This document shows, in pieces, positions 37,653 through 48,813 of a DNA stretch of 64,000 bases (the first letter of the stretch is position 1; every line of letters begins with the position of its first letter). This DNA comes from Escherichia coli. GTDB lineage: Bacteria > Pseudomonadota > Gammaproteobacteria > Enterobacterales > Enterobacteriaceae. Under the pieces are notes generated by a model. The model did not search any database. It saw nothing but the letters and a program-made list of their open reading frames with translations, and was not told the origin of the DNA. Made by a program: the position numbers and the translations under genes. The stretch lies in assembly GCF_041248615.1 (NCBI RefSeq), contig NZ_CP158426.1, one strand, 5' to 3'.

Positions 37653-38099
37653 TTATTCATTATCGCCCGGGATGTCTTCTTGTCGGGAATTACCCAGAGC
37701 AATAAATTCCTCTAACAGATGGGTTAACTGTTGCATTTTCTCGGCAGTAAACTGAGCTTCAATCTGCCGATAGGCTTCTTCAATCTGTGTCTGAGCGCGG
37801 TTATACAGGGCCTGCCCCTCTTTGGTCAGCGAGATATAGAGCTTCCGCTGATCATTGATCGGCTTTAATCGCAACACTAAACCGTCGCGTTCCATCCGCG
37901 TGAGGATCCCGGTCAGGCTTGGGCGCAAAATGCAGGCGCGATACGCCAGATCGTGAAAATCCATTGATGGGCTTTCCGCCAGAATACGCACGATGCGCCA
38001 CTGTTGCTCAGTCAAATTATGCCGTTTAACGATTGGGCGAAAATAACTCATCGCCGCTTCTCGCGCCTGGAGCAACGCAATGGTTAGTGAGTCGTGCAT
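37653..38099 (-). CDS. hpaR: MarR-type repressor of the homoprotocatechuate operon (148 aa)
   Basis: MarR wHTH. Divergent from hpaG. Confidence 0.88.
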   Translation of the reverse strand: MHDSLTIALLQAREAAMSYFRPIVKRHNLTEQQWRIVRILAESPSMDFHDLAYRACILRPSLTGILTRMERDGLVLRLKPINDQRKLYISLTKEGQALYNRAQTQIEEAYRQIEAQFTAEKMQQLTHLLEEFIALGNSRQEDIPGDNE

Positions 38100-38370
38100 T
38101 ATCTTTCCCCTGAAAAATTCAAAATCATTAATATAGAAACAGTTAATCATCACATTACTGGGACTGAGCTATCCCCGCAATTCCTCATTTTATCAAAATT
38201 GAGCATACTTTATTAACTTACTGATATTTAGTATTTTATTACCTGCAAATGTAAATAGTTTGTTAATTGGATCACATTTACATCACTTACTTTTGCCAAA
38301 CTTCGCAATCGGGAATAAAAGTAATCATTAACATATTAATGATTAAAATGATCGAATCCGAGGAGTGGTA

Positions 38371-39660
38371 ATGAAAGGCACTATCTTCGCCGTAGCGTTG
38401 AACCATCGCAGCCAGCTTGATGCATGGCAGGAAGCGTTCCAGCAATCCCCCTACAAAGCCCCGCCTAAAACTGCGGTCTGGTTTATTAAACCGCGCAATA
38501 CGGTGATTGGTTGCGGTGAACCGATTCCCTTTCCACAGGGTGAAAAAGTACTGAGCGGTGCGACTGTTGCGCTGATTGTGGGGAAAACGGCGACGAAAGT
38601 ACGTGAAGAAGATGCGGCAGAGTACATCGCCGGATATGCGCTGGCTAACGACGTCAGCCTGCCGGAAGAGAGCTTTTACCGCCCGGCAATCAAAGCAAAA
38701 TGTCGTGATGGATTCTGCCCCATTGGCGAAACCGTGGCTCCCAGCAATGTCGATAATCTGACTATCTATACCGAGATCAACGGGCGTCCTGCCGATCATT
38801 GGAACACCGCCGATTTACAACGTAACGCCGCGCAGTTGCTGAGCGCTCTGAGCGAATTTGCCACGCTGAATCCAGGCGATGCCATTCTGCTCGGCACGCC
38901 ACAGGCGCGCGTGGAAATACAGCCAGGCGATCGCGTGCGTGTTCTCGCAGAAGGTTTCCCGCCACTGGAAAATCCGGTAGTGGACGAACGTGAAGTGACC
39001 ACGCGCAAGAGCTTCCCAACGCAGCCACACCCGCACGGCACGCTGTTTGCCCTCGGCCTGAACTACGCCGACCACGCCAGCGAACTGGAATTTAAGCCAC
39101 CGGAAGAACCGCTGGTGTTCCTGAAAGCGCCGAATACCCTCACTGGCGATAACCAGACCTCCGTGCGCCCGAACAATATTGAATACATGCACTACGAAGC
39201 GGAGCTGGTGGTAGTTATTGGCAAGCAGGCGCGTAACGTCAGCGAAGCCGATGCCATGGATTATGTCGCGGGCTACACCGTGTGTAACGACTACGCCATT
39301 CGCGACTATCTGGAAAACTACTACCGCCCTAACCTGCGGGTAAAAAGCCGCGACGGACTGACGCCGATGCTTTCAACCATCGTGCCGAAAGAGGCGATCC
39401 CGGACCCGCATAATCTGACCCTTCGCACCTTCGTCAACGGCGAGTTACGCCAGCAAGGCACCACCGCCGATCTGATCTTCAGCGTGCCCTTCCTGATCGC
39501 CTACTTAAGCGAATTTATGACCCTGAATCCGGGCGACATGATCGCCACCGGCACACCAAAAGGCTTATCTGACGTGGTGCCTGGCGATGAAGTAGTGGTG
39601 GAAGTAGAAGGCGTGGGCCGCCTGGTGAACCGAATTGTGAGTGAGGAAACAGCGAAATGA
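38371..39660 (+). CDS. hpaG: Bifunctional OPET decarboxylase / HHDD isomerase (two FAH-family repeats, 429 aa)
   Basis: Duplicated fumarylacetoacetase-like halves. GAGGAG SD. Confidence 0.9.
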   Translation: MKGTIFAVALNHRSQLDAWQEAFQQSPYKAPPKTAVWFIKPRNTVIGCGEPIPFPQGEKVLSGATVALIVGKTATKVREEDAAEYIAGYALANDVSLPEESFYRPAIKAKCRDGFCPIGETVAPSNVDNLTIYTEINGRPADHWNTADLQRNAAQLLSALSEFATLNPGDAILLGTPQARVEIQPGDRVRVLAEGFPPLENPVVDEREVTTRKSFPTQPHPHGTLFALGLNYADHASELEFKPPEEPLVFLKAPNTLTGDNQTSVRPNNIEYMHYEAELVVVIGKQARNVSEADAMDYVAGYTVCNDYAIRDYLENYYRPNLRVKSRDGLTPMLSTIVPKEAIPDPHNLTLRTFVNGELRQQGTTADLIFSVPFLIAYLSEFMTLNPGDMIATGTPKGLSDVVPGDEVVVEVEGVGRLVNRIVSEETAK

Positions 39661-41123
39661 AAAAAGTAAATCATTGGATCAACGGCAAAAATGTTGCAGG
39701 TAACGACTACTTCCAGACCACCAATCCGGCAACGGGTGAAGTGCTGGCAGATGTGGCCTCCGGCGGTGAAGCGGAGATCAATCAGGCGGTAGCGGCAGCG
39801 AAAGAGGCGTTCCCGAAATGGGCCAATCTGCCGATGAAAGAGCGTGCGCGCCTGATGCGCCGTCTGGGCGATCTGATCGACCAGAACGTGCCTGAGATCG
39901 CCGCGATGGAAACCGCGGACACGGGCCTGCCGATCCATCAGACCAAAAATGTATTGATCCCACGCGCTTCTCACAACTTTGAATTTTTCGCGGAAGTCTG
40001 CCAGCAGATGAACGGCAAGACCTATCCGGTTGACGACAAGATGCTCAACTACACGCTGGTGCAACCGGTAGGCGTTTGTGCGCTGGTATCGCCGTGGAAC
40101 GTGCCGTTTATGACCGCCACATGGAAGGTCGCGCCGTGTCTGGCGCTGGGCAATACCGCGGTGTTGAAAATGTCGGAACTCTCCCCGCTGACCGCTGACC
40201 GCCTGGGTGAGCTGGCGCTGGAAGCCGGTATTCCGGCGGGCGTGCTGAACGTGGTACAGGGCTACGGCGCAACCGCAGGCGATGCGCTGGTTCGTCATCA
40301 TGACGTACGTGCCGTGTCGTTCACCGGCGGTACGGCCACCGGGCGCAACATCATGAAAAACGCCGGGCTGAAAAAATACTCCATGGAACTGGGCGGTAAA
40401 TCGCCGGTGCTGATTTTTGAAGATGCCGATATTGAACGCGCGCTGGACGCTGCCCTGTTCACCATCTTCTCGATCAACGGCGAGCGCTGCACCGCCGGTT
40501 CGCGCATCTTTATTCAGCAAAGCATCTACCCGGAATTCGTTAAACGCTTTGCCGAACGCGCCAACCGTCTGCGCGTGGGCGATCCGAACGATCCGAATAC
40601 CCAGGTTGGGGCGCTTATCAGCCAGCAACACTGGGAAAAAGTCTCCGGCTATATTCGTCTCGGCATTGAAGAAGGCGCAACCCTGCTAGCGGGCGGTCCG
40701 GATAAACCGTCCGACCTGCCTGCGCACCTGAAAGGCGGCAACTTCCTGCGCCCAACGGTGCTGGCTGACGTTGATAACCGTATGCGCGTCGCCCAGGAAG
40801 AGATTTTCGGGCCGGTCGCCTGTCTGCTGCCGTTTAAAGACGAAGCTGAAGGTCTGCGCCTGGCAAATGACGTGGAGTATGGCCTCGCGTCGTACATCTG
40901 GACGCAGGATGTCAGCAAAGTGTTACGCCTGGCGCGTGGCATTGAAGCAGGCATGGTGTTCGTCAACACCCAGAACGTGCGCGACCTGCGCCAGCCGTTT
41001 GGCGGCGTAAAAGCCTCCGGCACCGGGCGTGAAGGCGGTGAGTACAGCTTCGAAGTGTTCGCGGAAATGAAGAACGTCTGCATTTCCATGGGCGACCATC
41101 CAATTCCGAAATGGGGAGTCTGA
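39657..41123 (+). CDS. hpaE: 5-carboxymethyl-2-hydroxymuconate semialdehyde dehydrogenase
   Basis: ALDH motifs ELGGKSP and FSINGERCTAGSR. Confidence 0.92.
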   Translation: MKKVNHWINGKNVAGNDYFQTTNPATGEVLADVASGGEAEINQAVAAAKEAFPKWANLPMKERARLMRRLGDLIDQNVPEIAAMETADTGLPIHQTKNVLIPRASHNFEFFAEVCQQMNGKTYPVDDKMLNYTLVQPVGVCALVSPWNVPFMTATWKVAPCLALGNTAVLKMSELSPLTADRLGELALEAGIPAGVLNVVQGYGATAGDALVRHHDVRAVSFTGGTATGRNIMKNAGLKKYSMELGGKSPVLIFEDADIERALDAALFTIFSINGERCTAGSRIFIQQSIYPEFVKRFAERANRLRVGDPNDPNTQVGALISQQHWEKVSGYIRLGIEEGATLLAGGPDKPSDLPAHLKGGNFLRPTVLADVDNRMRVAQEEIFGPVACLLPFKDEAEGLRLANDVEYGLASYIWTQDVSKVLRLARGIEAGMVFVNTQNVRDLRQPFGGVKASGTGREGGEYSFEVFAEMKNVCISMGDHPIPKWGV

Positions 41124-41124
41124 T

Positions 41125-41976
41125 ATGGGTAAGTTAGCGTTAGCCGCCAAAATCACGCACGTACCGTCGATGTATCTCTCTGAACTGCCAGGGAAAAACC
41201 ACGGTTGCCGCCAGGGTGCGATCGACGGGCATAAAGAGATCAGCAAGCGTTGCCGGGAAATGGGCGTCGATACCATTATCGTTTTCGATACTCACTGGCT
41301 GGTCAACAGTGCTTATCACATCAACTGTGCAGACCATTTTGAAGGCGTCTACACCAGTAACGAGCTGCCGCATTTTATTCGTGACATGACCTACAACTAC
41401 GAGGGCAACCCGGAGTTGGGGCAGCTTATTGCCGATGAAGCGTTAAAACTCGGCGTGCGGGCAAAAGCGCACAATATTCCCAGCCTGAAACTGGAATACG
41501 GCACGCTGGTGCCAATGCGCTACATGAATGAAGACAAGCACTTCAAAGTGGTCTCCATTTCGGCTTTCTGCACGGTTCACGATTTTGCCGACAGCCGCAA
41601 GCTTGGCGAAGCGATTTTGAAAGCAATCGAACAGTACGACGGCACCGTGGCGGTCCTTGCCAGCGGTTCGTTATCGCACCGCTTTATTGACGATCAGCGT
41701 GCAGAAGAAGGGATGAACAGCTACACCCGCGAGTTCGACCGCCAGATGGACGAGCGCGTGGTGAAGCTGTGGCGCGAAGGCCAGTTCAAAGAGTTCTGCA
41801 ATATGCTGCCGGAGTACGCCGACTACTGCTACGGCGAAGGCAATATGCACGACACGGTGATGCTGCTGGGGATGCTCGGCTGGGATAAATACGACGGCAA
41901 GGTGGAGTTTATTACCGAGCTGTTCCCAAGCTCTGGCACCGGTCAGGTTAACGCTGTTTTCCCGCTTCCCGCGTAA
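41125..41976 (+). CDS. hpaD: Homoprotocatechuate 2,3-dioxygenase (LigB type)
   Basis: 283 aa. Position in the hpa operon. Confidence 0.9.
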   Translation: MGKLALAAKITHVPSMYLSELPGKNHGCRQGAIDGHKEISKRCREMGVDTIIVFDTHWLVNSAYHINCADHFEGVYTSNELPHFIRDMTYNYEGNPELGQLIADEALKLGVRAKAHNIPSLKLEYGTLVPMRYMNEDKHFKVVSISAFCTVHDFADSRKLGEAILKAIEQYDGTVAVLASGSLSHRFIDDQRAEEGMNSYTREFDRQMDERVVKLWREGQFKEFCNMLPEYADYCYGEGNMHDTVMLLGMLGWDKYDGKVEFITELFPSSGTGQVNAVFPLPA

Positions 41977-41985
41977 GGAACCACC

Positions 41986-42366
41986 ATGCCGCACTTTATC
42001 GTGGAATGTACTGAAAATATTCGTCAAGAAGCCCGCTTACCTGAGCTGTTTGCCAGTGTTAACACCGCACTGGCGGCGACGGGGATTTTTCCGCTTGGGG
42101 GAATACGTAGCCGGGCGCACTGGATCGATACCTGGCAAATGGCTGATGGCAAGCACGATTACGCCTTTGTGCATATGACGCTAAAAATCGGCAGCGGGCG
42201 CAGTCTGGAAAGCCGTCAGGAAGTAGGCGAAATGCTGTTTGATCTGATTAAAACGCACTTCGCCTCACTGATGGAGAGCCGTTACCTGGCGCTTTCATTT
42301 GAGATTGCAGAGCTGCACCCGACGTTGAATTTCAAACAGAACAACGTACACGCGTTGTTTAAATAA
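41986..42366 (+). CDS. hpaF: 5-carboxymethyl-2-hydroxymuconate isomerase
   Basis: N-terminal MPHFIVECT, tautomerase-like. Confidence 0.9.
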   Translation: MPHFIVECTENIRQEARLPELFASVNTALAATGIFPLGGIRSRAHWIDTWQMADGKHDYAFVHMTLKIGSGRSLESRQEVGEMLFDLIKTHFASLMESRYLALSFEIAELHPTLNFKQNNVHALFK

Positions 42367-42433
42367 ATTTGTACCAGCTTCCAGGCCGGATGATAAGGCG
42401 CAGCCGCATCCGGCAATGCCACAGGATATCGCC

Positions 42434-43237
42434 ATGTTCGATAAACACACCCACACCCTGATCGCCCAGCGTCTGGATCAGGCAGAAAAACAGCGCGAAC
42501 AGATCCGCGCGATCTCGCTGGATTACCCGGAGATCACCATCGAAGACGCCTACGCCGTACAGCGCGAATGGGTCCGCCTGAAAATTGCCGAAGGCCGTAC
42601 GCTGAAAGGCCACAAAATCGGCCTGACCTCAAAAGCGATGCAGGCAAGCTCGCAGATCAGCGAACCGGATTACGGCGCACTGCTGGACGACATGTTCTTC
42701 CACGATGGCAGCGATATCCCGACCGATCGCTTTATCGTGCCGCGCATTGAAGTGGAGCTGGCTTTTGTGCTGGCAAAACCGCTGCGTGGGCCAAACTGCA
42801 CGCTGTTCGACGTTTACAACGCCACGGACTACGTGATCCCGGCACTGGAGCTGATCGACGCTCGCTGCCACAACATCGATCCGGAAACCCAGCGCCCGCG
42901 CAAAGTATTCGACACCATTTCCGATAATGCCGCCAACGCCGGAGTGATCCTCGGCGGTCGTCCCATTAAGCCCGATGAGTTGGATCTACGTTGGATCTCC
43001 GCCCTGATGTATCGCAACGGCGTGATTGAAGAAACCGGCGTCGCCGCTGGCGTGCTGAATCACCCGGCAAACGGCGTGGCCTGGCTGGCGAACAAACTCG
43101 CACCGTATGACGTGCAACTGGAAGCCGGGCAAATCATTCTCGGCGGTTCGTTCACCCGCCCGGTTCCGGCGCGTAAGGGCGACACCTTCCACGTCGATTA
43201 CGGCAACATGGGTTCCATTAGCTGCCGCTTTGTTTAA
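42434..43237 (+). CDS. hpaH: 2-oxo-hept-3-ene-1,7-dioate hydratase (267 aa)
   Basis: FAH-fold hydratase family. Operon position. Confidence 0.9.
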   Translation: MFDKHTHTLIAQRLDQAEKQREQIRAISLDYPEITIEDAYAVQREWVRLKIAEGRTLKGHKIGLTSKAMQASSQISEPDYGALLDDMFFHDGSDIPTDRFIVPRIEVELAFVLAKPLRGPNCTLFDVYNATDYVIPALELIDARCHNIDPETQRPRKVFDTISDNAANAGVILGGRPIKPDELDLRWISALMYRNGVIEETGVAAGVLNHPANGVAWLANKLAPYDVQLEAGQIILGGSFTRPVPARKGDTFHVDYGNMGSISCRFV

Positions 43238-43247
43238 GGAGAGAACG

Positions 43248-44036
43248 ATGGAAAACAGTTTTAAAGCGGCGCTGAAAGCAGGCCGTCCGCAGATCGGATT
43301 ATGGCTGGGGCTGAGCAGCAGCTACAGCGCAGAGTTACTGGCCGGAGCAGGATTCGACTGGTTATTGATCGACGGTGAGCACGCGCCGAATAACGTGCAA
43401 ACCGTGCTCACCCAGCTACAGGCGATTGCGCCCTACCCCAGCCAGCCGGTAGTACGTCCGTCGTGGAACGATCCGGTGCAAATCAAACAACTGCTGGACG
43501 TCGGCACACAAACCTTACTGGTGCCGATGGTTCAAAACGCTGACGAAGCCCGTGAAGCGGTACGCGCCACCCGTTATCCCCCCGCCGGTATTCGCGGTGT
43601 GGGCAGTGCGCTGGCCCGCGCCTCGCGCTGGAATCGCATTCCTGATTACCTGCAAAAAGCCAACGATCAAATGTGCGTACTGGTGCAGATCGAAACTCGT
43701 GAGGCAATGAAGAACCTACCGCAGATTCTGGACGTGGAAGGGGTAGACGGCGTGTTTATCGGCCCGGCGGATCTGAGCGCCGATATGGGTTATGCCGGTA
43801 ATCCGCAGCACCCGGAAGTGCAGGCCGCCATTGAACAGGCGATCGTGCAAATCCGTGAAGCGGGCAAAGCTCCGGGGATCCTGATCGCCAATGAGCAACT
43901 GGCAAAACGCTACCTGGAACTGGGCGCGCTATTTGTCGCCGTCGGCGTTGACACCACCCTGCTCGCCCGCGCCGCCGAAGCGCTGGCAGCACGGTTTGGC
44001 GCGCAGGCCACGACCGTTAAGCCCGGCGTGTATTAA
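43248..44036 (+). CDS. hpaI: 2,4-dihydroxyhept-2-ene-1,7-dioate aldolase (262 aa)
   Basis: HpcH/HpaI aldolase pattern [11 protein letters not shown]. Confidence 0.9.
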   Translation: MENSFKAALKAGRPQIGLWLGLSSSYSAELLAGAGFDWLLIDGEHAPNNVQTVLTQLQAIAPYPSQPVVRPSWNDPVQIKQLLDVGTQTLLVPMVQNADEAREAVRATRYPPAGIRGVGSALARASRWNRIPDYLQKANDQMCVLVQIETREAMKNLPQILDVEGVDGVFIGPADLSADMGYAGNPQHPEVQAAIEQAIVQIREAGKAPGILIANEQLAKRYLELGALFVAVGVDTTLLARAAEALAARFGAQATTVKPGVY

Positions 44037-44039
44037 TGC

Positions 44040-44112
44040 TGAATGCGCTTATCCGGCTTACAGCAGTACCAAACTGTAGCCGGATAAGGCGTTTACGCCG
44101 CATCCGCCATAA
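44040..44112. repeat. REP element pair
   Basis: gcttatccggcttacag...ctgtagccggataaggcgtttacgccgcatccg. Confidence 0.8.
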
Positions 44113-44153
44113 ATCTTGTCGTACCCTACAAAAATCCCATTAGAGGAAGAAAA

Positions 44154-45530
44154 ATGAGCGACACCTCACCTGCCATACCGGAAAGTATCGATCCGGCAAA
44201 TCAGCATAAAACGCTGACTGCCGGACAACAGGCGGTTATTAAGAAGCTATTTCGCCGCCTGATCGTCTTTCTGTTCGTGCTGTTTATCTTCTCGTTCCTT
44301 GATCGCATCAACATCGGCTTTGCCGGGCTAACGATGGGACGCGACCTCGGTCTGAGCGCCACCATGTTTGGCCTCGCCACCACCCTGTTCTATGCCGCTT
44401 ATGTCATCTTCGGCATTCCCAGCAACATTATGCTGAGTATTGTCGGTGCGCGGCGCTGGATCGCCACCATCATGGTGCTCTGGGGCATCGCCTCTACGGC
44501 CACCATGTTTGCCACTGGCCCCACCAGCTTATACGTACTGCGTATACTGGTTGGCATTACCGAAGCCGGCTTTCTGCCTGGCATTCTGCTGTATTTAACC
44601 TTCTGGTTTCCGGCCTATTTCCGCGCCCGTGCCAACGCCTTGTTTATGGTAGCAATGCCGGTAACGACAGCGCTGGGATCGATCGTTTCCGGCTACATTT
44701 TGTCGCTGGATGGCGTAATGGCATTAAAAGGCTGGCAGTGGCTGTTTTTGCTGGAAGGCTTCCCGTCGGTATTACTCGGCGTCATGGTGTGGTTCTGGCT
44801 TGATGACTCACCGGACAAAGCTAAGTGGCTGACGAAAGAAGACAAAAAATGCCTGCAAGAGATGATGGATAACGATCGTCTGACGCTGGTTCAGCCAGAG
44901 GGAGCCATCAGTCACCACGCCATGCAACAACGCAGCATGTGGCGGGAGATCTTCACTCCGGTGGTGATGATGTATACCCTGGCGTATTTCTGCCTGACCA
45001 ACACACTTAGTGCAATCAGCATCTGGACACCGCAGATCCTACAAAGCTTTAATCAGGGCAGCAGTAATATCACCATCGGCCTGCTGGCCGCCGTACCGCA
45101 GATTTGTACCATTCTCGGGATGATCTACTGGAGCCGTCACTCAGATCGCCGCCAGGAACGAAGGCATCACACCGCCCTTCCTTATTTGTTCGCTGCCGCT
45201 GGTTGGTTACTGGCTTCGGCAACTGATCACAACATGATCCAGATGCTGGGGATCATTATGGCTTCGACCGGATCATTCAGCGCAATGGCGATTTTCTGGA
45301 CAACACCGGATCAGTCCATCAGCCTGCGGGCACGAGCGATCGGTATTGCGGTGATCAACGCCACTGGCAACATTGGTTCAGCGTTAAGTCCGTTTATAAT
45401 CGGCTGGTTGAAAGATCTGACCGGCAGCTTTAACAGTGGATTGTGGTTTGTTGCCGCGCTGCTGGTGATTGGTGCGGGGATTATCTGGGCAATTCCAATG
45501 CAGTCCTCCCGTCCGCGAGCGACCCCGTAA
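44154..45530 (+). CDS. hpaX: MFS 4-hydroxyphenylacetate transporter
   Basis: 12-TM MFS. Operon context. Confidence 0.88.
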   Translation: MSDTSPAIPESIDPANQHKTLTAGQQAVIKKLFRRLIVFLFVLFIFSFLDRINIGFAGLTMGRDLGLSATMFGLATTLFYAAYVIFGIPSNIMLSIVGARRWIATIMVLWGIASTATMFATGPTSLYVLRILVGITEAGFLPGILLYLTFWFPAYFRARANALFMVAMPVTTALGSIVSGYILSLDGVMALKGWQWLFLLEGFPSVLLGVMVWFWLDDSPDKAKWLTKEDKKCLQEMMDNDRLTLVQPEGAISHHAMQQRSMWREIFTPVVMMYTLAYFCLTNTLSAISIWTPQILQSFNQGSSNITIGLLAAVPQICTILGMIYWSRHSDRRQERRHHTALPYLFAAAGWLLASATDHNMIQMLGIIMASTGSFSAMAIFWTTPDQSISLRARAIGIAVINATGNIGSALSPFIIGWLKDLTGSFNSGLWFVAALLVIGAGIIWAIPMQSSRPRATP

Positions 45531-45539
45531 GGAACGACG

Positions 45540-46430
45540 ATGTGTGACCGTCAGATTGCCAATATTGATATCAGCAAAGAGTACGATGAAAGCCTGGGCA
45601 CGGACGATGTGCATTATCAGTCCTTCGCCCGCATGGCGGCATTTTTTGGCCGCCATATGCTGCCACATCGCCACGAACAGTACTTTCAGATGCATTTCCT
45701 CAATAGCGGACAGATTGAGCTACAGCTTGACGATCATCGCTACTCGGTGGAAGCGCCCCTGTTTGTCCTGACGCCGCCGTCAGTACCTCATGCGTTTATT
45801 ACGGAGTCTGACGCCGACGGTCATGTGTTGACGGTACGGGAAGATCTGATCTGGCCCCTGCTGGAAGTTCTTTATCCGGGCACTCGGGAAACCTTCGGCC
45901 TGCCGGGGATTTGCCTGTCACTGGCAGATAAACCCGACGAACTGGCAGCGCTGGAACACTATTGGCAACTGATAGAGCGGGAATCGGTGGAACAACTGCC
46001 TGGACGGGAACACACCCTGACGTTACTGGCACAGGCAGTATTCACCCTACTGCTGCGTAACGCAAAACTCGACGACCATGCCGCCAGCGGGATGCGCGGA
46101 GAATTAAAACTGTTCCAGCGTTTTAATATGCTGATTGAAAGCCATTTTCATCAGCACTGGACAGTACCGGATTACGCTAACGAACTGCATATCACCGAAT
46201 CACGTCTCACGGACATCTGCCGCCGCTTTGCCAACCGTCCGCCAAAACGGTTGATTTTCGACAGGCAGCTGCGAGAAGCCAAGCGGCTGCTGCTGTTTTC
46301 TGATAACGCCGTGAACAATATTGCCTGGCAACTCGGTTTTAAGGATCCGGCTTATTTTGCGCGCTTTTTTAATCGTTTAGTCGGTTGCTCGCCCAGTGCT
46401 TATCGTGCCAAAAAAGTACCTGTGACGTGA
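45540..46430 (+). CDS. hpaA: AraC-family activator of hpaBC
   Basis: C-terminal AraC HTH NNIAWQLGFKDPAYFARFF. Confidence 0.88.
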   Translation: MCDRQIANIDISKEYDESLGTDDVHYQSFARMAAFFGRHMLPHRHEQYFQMHFLNSGQIELQLDDHRYSVEAPLFVLTPPSVPHAFITESDADGHVLTVREDLIWPLLEVLYPGTRETFGLPGICLSLADKPDELAALEHYWQLIERESVEQLPGREHTLTLLAQAVFTLLLRNAKLDDHAASGMRGELKLFQRFNMLIESHFHQHWTVPDYANELHITESRLTDICRRFANRPPKRLIFDRQLREAKRLLLFSDNAVNNIAWQLGFKDPAYFARFFNRLVGCSPSAYRAKKVPVT

Positions 46431-46680
46431 AAATCCCTTAGCCTTAACGGGAAACCAGGCACCACCTGCTATTCCCCTTTCTCCGCCTGGAGCAAGGGGA
46501 TTTAGTAACGTCAAAAATCGCTAAAAGCGACCTCGATCACAAAACCGTACCCGACCTGAAAAGTACCAGCCATTGTCCCAAAAGTGTCTTCCCGTAATCG
46601 CCCCTGCAAGCTTCAATTGAATAACAAAAACAACACACAAAATTAACAATCGTATTCCGATTAATACTGTAGAGGTCGAC

Positions 46681-48243
46681 ATGAAACCAGAAGATTTCCG
46701 CGCCAGTACCCAACGTCCGTTCACCGGGGAAGAGTATCTGAAAAGCCTGCAGGATGGTCGCGAGATCTATATCTACGGCGAGCGAGTGAAAGACGTCACC
46801 ACTCATCCGGCATTTCGTAATGCGGCAGCGTCTGTTGCCCAACTGTACGACGCGCTGCACAAACCGGAGATGCAGGACTCTCTGTGTTGGAATACCGACA
46901 CCGGCAGTGGCGGCTATACCCATAAATTCTTCCGCGTGGCGAAAAGTGCCGACGACCTGCGCCAGCAACGCGATGCCATCGCTGAATGGTCACGCCTGAG
47001 CTATGGCTGGATGGGCCGTACCCCAGACTACAAAGCCGCTTTCGGTTGCGCACTGGGCGCGAATCCGGGCTTTTACGGTCAGTTCGAGCAGAACGCCCGT
47101 AACTGGTACACCCGTATTCAGGAAACTGGCCTCTACTTTAACCACGCGATTGTTAACCCACCGATCGATCGTCATTTGCCGACCGATAAAGTGAAAGACG
47201 TTTACATCAAGCTGGAAAAAGAGACTGACGCCGGGATTATCGTCAGCGGTGCGAAAGTGGTTGCCACCAACTCGGCGCTGACTCACTACAACATGATTGG
47301 CTTCGGCTCGGCACAAGTGATGGGCGAAAACCCGGACTTCGCACTGATGTTCGTTGCGCCAATGGATGCCGATGGCGTGAAATTAATCTCCCGCGCCTCT
47401 TATGAGATGGTCGCGGGTGCTACCGGCTCGCCGTACGACTACCCGCTCTCCAGCCGCTTCGATGAGAACGATGCGATTCTGGTGATGGATAACGTGCTGA
47501 TCCCATGGGAAAACGTGCTGATCTACCGCGATTTTGATCGCTGCCGTCGCTGGACGATGGAAGGCGGTTTCGCCCGTATGTATCCGCTGCAAGCCTGTGT
47601 GCGCCTGGCAGTGAAACTCGACTTCATTACGGCACTGCTGAAAAAATCACTCGAATGTACCGGCACCCTGGAGTTCCGTGGTGTGCAGGCCGATCTCGGT
47701 GAAGTGGTGGCGTGGCGCAACACCTTCTGGGCATTGAGTGACTCGATGTGTTCAGAAGCGACGCCGTGGGTCAACGGGGCTTATTTACCGGATCATGCCG
47801 CACTGCAAACCTATCGCGTACTGGCACCAATGGCCTATGCGAAGATCAAAAACATTATCGAACGCAACGTTACCAGTGGCCTGATCTATCTCCCTTCCAG
47901 TGCCCGTGACCTGAACAATCCGCAGATCGACCAGTATCTGGCGAAGTATGTGCGCGGTTCGAATGGTATGGATCACGTCCAGCGCATCAAGATCCTCAAA
48001 CTGATGTGGGACGCCATTGGCAGCGAGTTTGGTGGTCGTCACGAACTGTATGAAATCAACTACTCCGGTAGCCAGGATGAGATTCGCCTGCAATGTCTGC
48101 GCCAGGCACAAAGCTCCGGCAATATGGACAAGATGATGGCGATGGTTGATCGCTGCCTGTCGGAATACGACCAGAACGGCTGGACTGTGCCACACCTGCA
48201 CAACAACGACGATATCAACATGCTGGATAAGCTGCTGAAATAA
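46681..48243 (+). CDS. hpaB: 4-hydroxyphenylacetate 3-monooxygenase, oxygenase component
   Basis: 520 aa, HpaB family. Followed by its reductase. Confidence 0.93.
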   Translation: MKPEDFRASTQRPFTGEEYLKSLQDGREIYIYGERVKDVTTHPAFRNAAASVAQLYDALHKPEMQDSLCWNTDTGSGGYTHKFFRVAKSADDLRQQRDAIAEWSRLSYGWMGRTPDYKAAFGCALGANPGFYGQFEQNARNWYTRIQETGLYFNHAIVNPPIDRHLPTDKVKDVYIKLEKETDAGIIVSGAKVVATNSALTHYNMIGFGSAQVMGENPDFALMFVAPMDADGVKLISRASYEMVAGATGSPYDYPLSSRFDENDAILVMDNVLIPWENVLIYRDFDRCRRWTMEGGFARMYPLQACVRLAVKLDFITALLKKSLECTGTLEFRGVQADLGEVVAWRNTFWALSDSMCSEATPWVNGAYLPDHAALQTYRVLAPMAYAKIKNIIERNVTSGLIYLPSSARDLNNPQIDQYLAKYVRGSNGMDHVQRIKILKLMWDAIGSEFGGRHELYEINYSGSQDEIRLQCLRQAQSSGNMDKMMAMVDRCLSEYDQNGWTVPHLHNNDDINMLDKLLK

Positions 48244-48260
48244 CGCAGCAGGAGGTTAAG

Positions 48261-48773
48261 ATGCAATTAGATGAACAACGCCAGCGCTTTCGTGACGCAA
48301 TGGCCAGCCTGTCGGCAGCGGTAAATATTATCACCACCGAGGGCGACGCCGGACAATGCGGGATTACGGCAACGGCTGTCTGCTCGGTCACGGACACACC
48401 ACCGTCGCTGATGGTGTGCATTAACGCCAACAGTGCGATGAACCCGGTTTTTCAGGGCAACGGCAAGTTGTGCGTCAACGTCCTCAACCATGAGCAGGAA
48501 CTGATGGCACGCCACTTCGCGGGCATGACAGGCATGGCGATGGAAGAGCGTTTTAGCCTCTCATGCTGGCAAAAAGGTCCGCTGGCGCAGCCGGTGCTAA
48601 AAGGTTCGCTGGCCAGTCTTGAAGGTGAGATCCGCGATGTGCAGGCAATTGGCACACATCTGGTGTATCTGGTGGAGATTAAAAACATCATCCTCAGTGC
48701 AGAAGGTCACGGACTTATCTACTTTAAACGCCGTTTCCATCCGGTGATGCTGGAAATGGAAGCTGCGATTTAA
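48261..48773 (+). CDS. hpaC: 4-HPA 3-monooxygenase flavin reductase component
   Basis: 170 aa, flavin-reductase-like fold. Confidence 0.92.
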   Translation: MQLDEQRQRFRDAMASLSAAVNIITTEGDAGQCGITATAVCSVTDTPPSLMVCINANSAMNPVFQGNGKLCVNVLNHEQELMARHFAGMTGMAMEERFSLSCWQKGPLAQPVLKGSLASLEGEIRDVQAIGTHLVYLVEIKNIILSAEGHGLIYFKRRFHPVMLEMEAAI

Positions 48774-48780
48774 GCTCCAG

Positions 48781-48813
48781 CCCCTTCACGCATTCGTCGA
48801 AGGGGCATTTTTA
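48781..48813 (+). terminator. Intrinsic terminator after hpaC
   Basis: ccccttc-11 nt-gaagggg, followed by cattttta. Confidence 0.7.

Noticed and set aside
38287-38799. 170-aa minus-strand ORF across the hpaR-hpaG intergenic region and the hpaG 5' end
   Set aside because: It overlaps the well-supported hpaG frame and the divergent promoter region. There is no independent support.
39501-40631. 376-aa minus-strand ORF
   Set aside because: It is entirely antisense to hpaE, an unmistakable aldehyde dehydrogenase. The Arg/His/Gln-rich composition is typical of the reverse frame of a GC-rich gene.
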